Assembly (NCBI GenBank): GCA_016935095.1
Contig: JAFGRO010000002.1
Span: forward strand, 3,306-67,305
Length of the DNA: 64,000 nucleotides
Source of the DNA: Candidatus Woesearchaeota archaeon
GTDB lineage: Archaea; Nanobdellota; Nanobdellia; Woesearchaeales; GW2011-AR15
Direction: 5' to 3'
The stretch's first letter is position 1, and every line of letters starts with the position of its first letter. A program made the position numbers and the translations under genes. Below are positions 63,678 through 64,000 of this stretch, piece by piece. The notes beneath the pieces were generated by a model. That model did no database searches, had not been told where the DNA came from, and saw only the letters and a list, made by a program, of their open reading frames with translations.

Positions 63678-64000
63678 ACTCTCGGGAAATTGCAAAGACA
63701 ATCTCAAAAATAGAGAATAATGAGCTTAAAGTAAACTCAACTAGAAATTATAATGCTCATGTAATTGGAATTACAGGTCCTCTTGGGGTGGGAAAATCAA
63801 CTCTTGTTTTTCAGATTGCAAAACATTATGCAGATGCAGGAATTAAGCTTGGAATTATATTAAATGACCCTTCCAGCGAAAACGGAGGCTCTTTTTTAGG
63901 AGACAGAATCAGGATGCAGAAACTTTGCGAGTATGATAATGTTTTTATAAGGAGCCTTTCTGCAAAAGATTCCGGAGGAGTTGCTAAAATCTCAGGAGAA
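63674..64000 (+). CDS. meaB: MeaB/ArgK-family G-protein (methylmalonyl-CoA mutase chaperone), N-terminal 109 aa; continues beyond the window end
   Basis: Manual translation from the ATG at 63674, which overlaps the upstream stop as ATGA: MNSREIAKT...HVIGITGPLGVGKSTLVFQIAKHY...GIILNDPSS. P-loop as in MeaB. Confidence 0.8.
   Translation, partial: MNSREIAKTISKIENNELKVNSTRNYNAHVIGITGPLGVGKSTLVFQIAKHYADAGIKLGIILNDPSSENGGSFLGDRIRMQKLCEYDNVFIRSLSAKDSGGVAKISGE

Noticed and set aside
1-64000. Mobile genetic elements (IS transposases, integrases, phage genes) and tRNA/rRNA genes
   Set aside because: No ORF shows DDE transposase, tyrosine/serine recombinase or phage structural signatures. No terminal inverted repeats were noticed. 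No rRNA-like conserved stretches or tRNA cloverleaves were identified by eye.

Overview
This AT-rich window is almost certainly archaeal. It encodes an Lrp/AsnC regulator, a RadB recombinase paralog, an archaeal-type ribosomal protein S2, a thiolase with its DUF35 partner, and several 2-oxoacid:ferredoxin oxidoreductase operons. All calls rest on motif and family recognition by eye from the six-frame translations; no searches were run.

Positions 1 to about 49200 form one dense glycan-biosynthesis island of roughly 45 genes and contain no mobile elements.

1. A 14-kb co-directional minus-strand operon (1..14220) headed by an Lrp regulator. It encodes a complete legionaminic-acid-type nonulosonic acid pathway: a CBS-fused 4,6-dehydratase, a DegT aminotransferase, a sugar N-formyltransferase, a NeuC-like hydrolysing 2-epimerase, two NeuB-like synthases and two NeuA-like CMP-transferases. 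It also carries a WbuX amidotransferase next to a fused HisF-HisH protein, which would make an acetamidino group.

2. A tailoring block with three paralogous cobalamin-binding radical-SAM enzymes, a SPASM radical-SAM, an AsnB-type amidotransferase, several SAM methyltransferases and two paralogous membrane-anchored GT-B proteins of about 540 aa.

3. A GDP-D-glycero-alpha-D-manno-heptose operon (hddC, hddA, gmhA, gmhB, plus a transaldolase/FSA and an SDR epimerase).

4. A lipid-linked donor module: a DPPR-synthase-like UbiA prenyltransferase, a GtrA-like protein, a GT2 and polytopic membrane proteins.

5. Many GT2 and GT4 transferases and a dolichol-phosphate-sugar synthase / GT-C pair.

Downstream (49.2 to 64 kb) the content is housekeeping and metabolic: RadB, an EamA transporter, S2, a thiolase-DUF35-crotonase-3-hydroxyacyl-CoA dehydrogenase operon, and two tandem OFOR operons in delta-X-alpha-beta-gamma order. 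In each OFOR operon an NAD(P) oxidoreductase sits between delta and alpha (a PanE/ApbA-family reductase in one, an Fe-alcohol dehydrogenase in the other). The window ends with a methylmalonyl-CoA mutase B12-binding subunit and MeaB.

Two of the B12 radical-SAM genes share a tandem 10-bp promoter motif, TTC(G/A)TATTTT. No CRISPR array, tRNA, rRNA or transposase was recognised.
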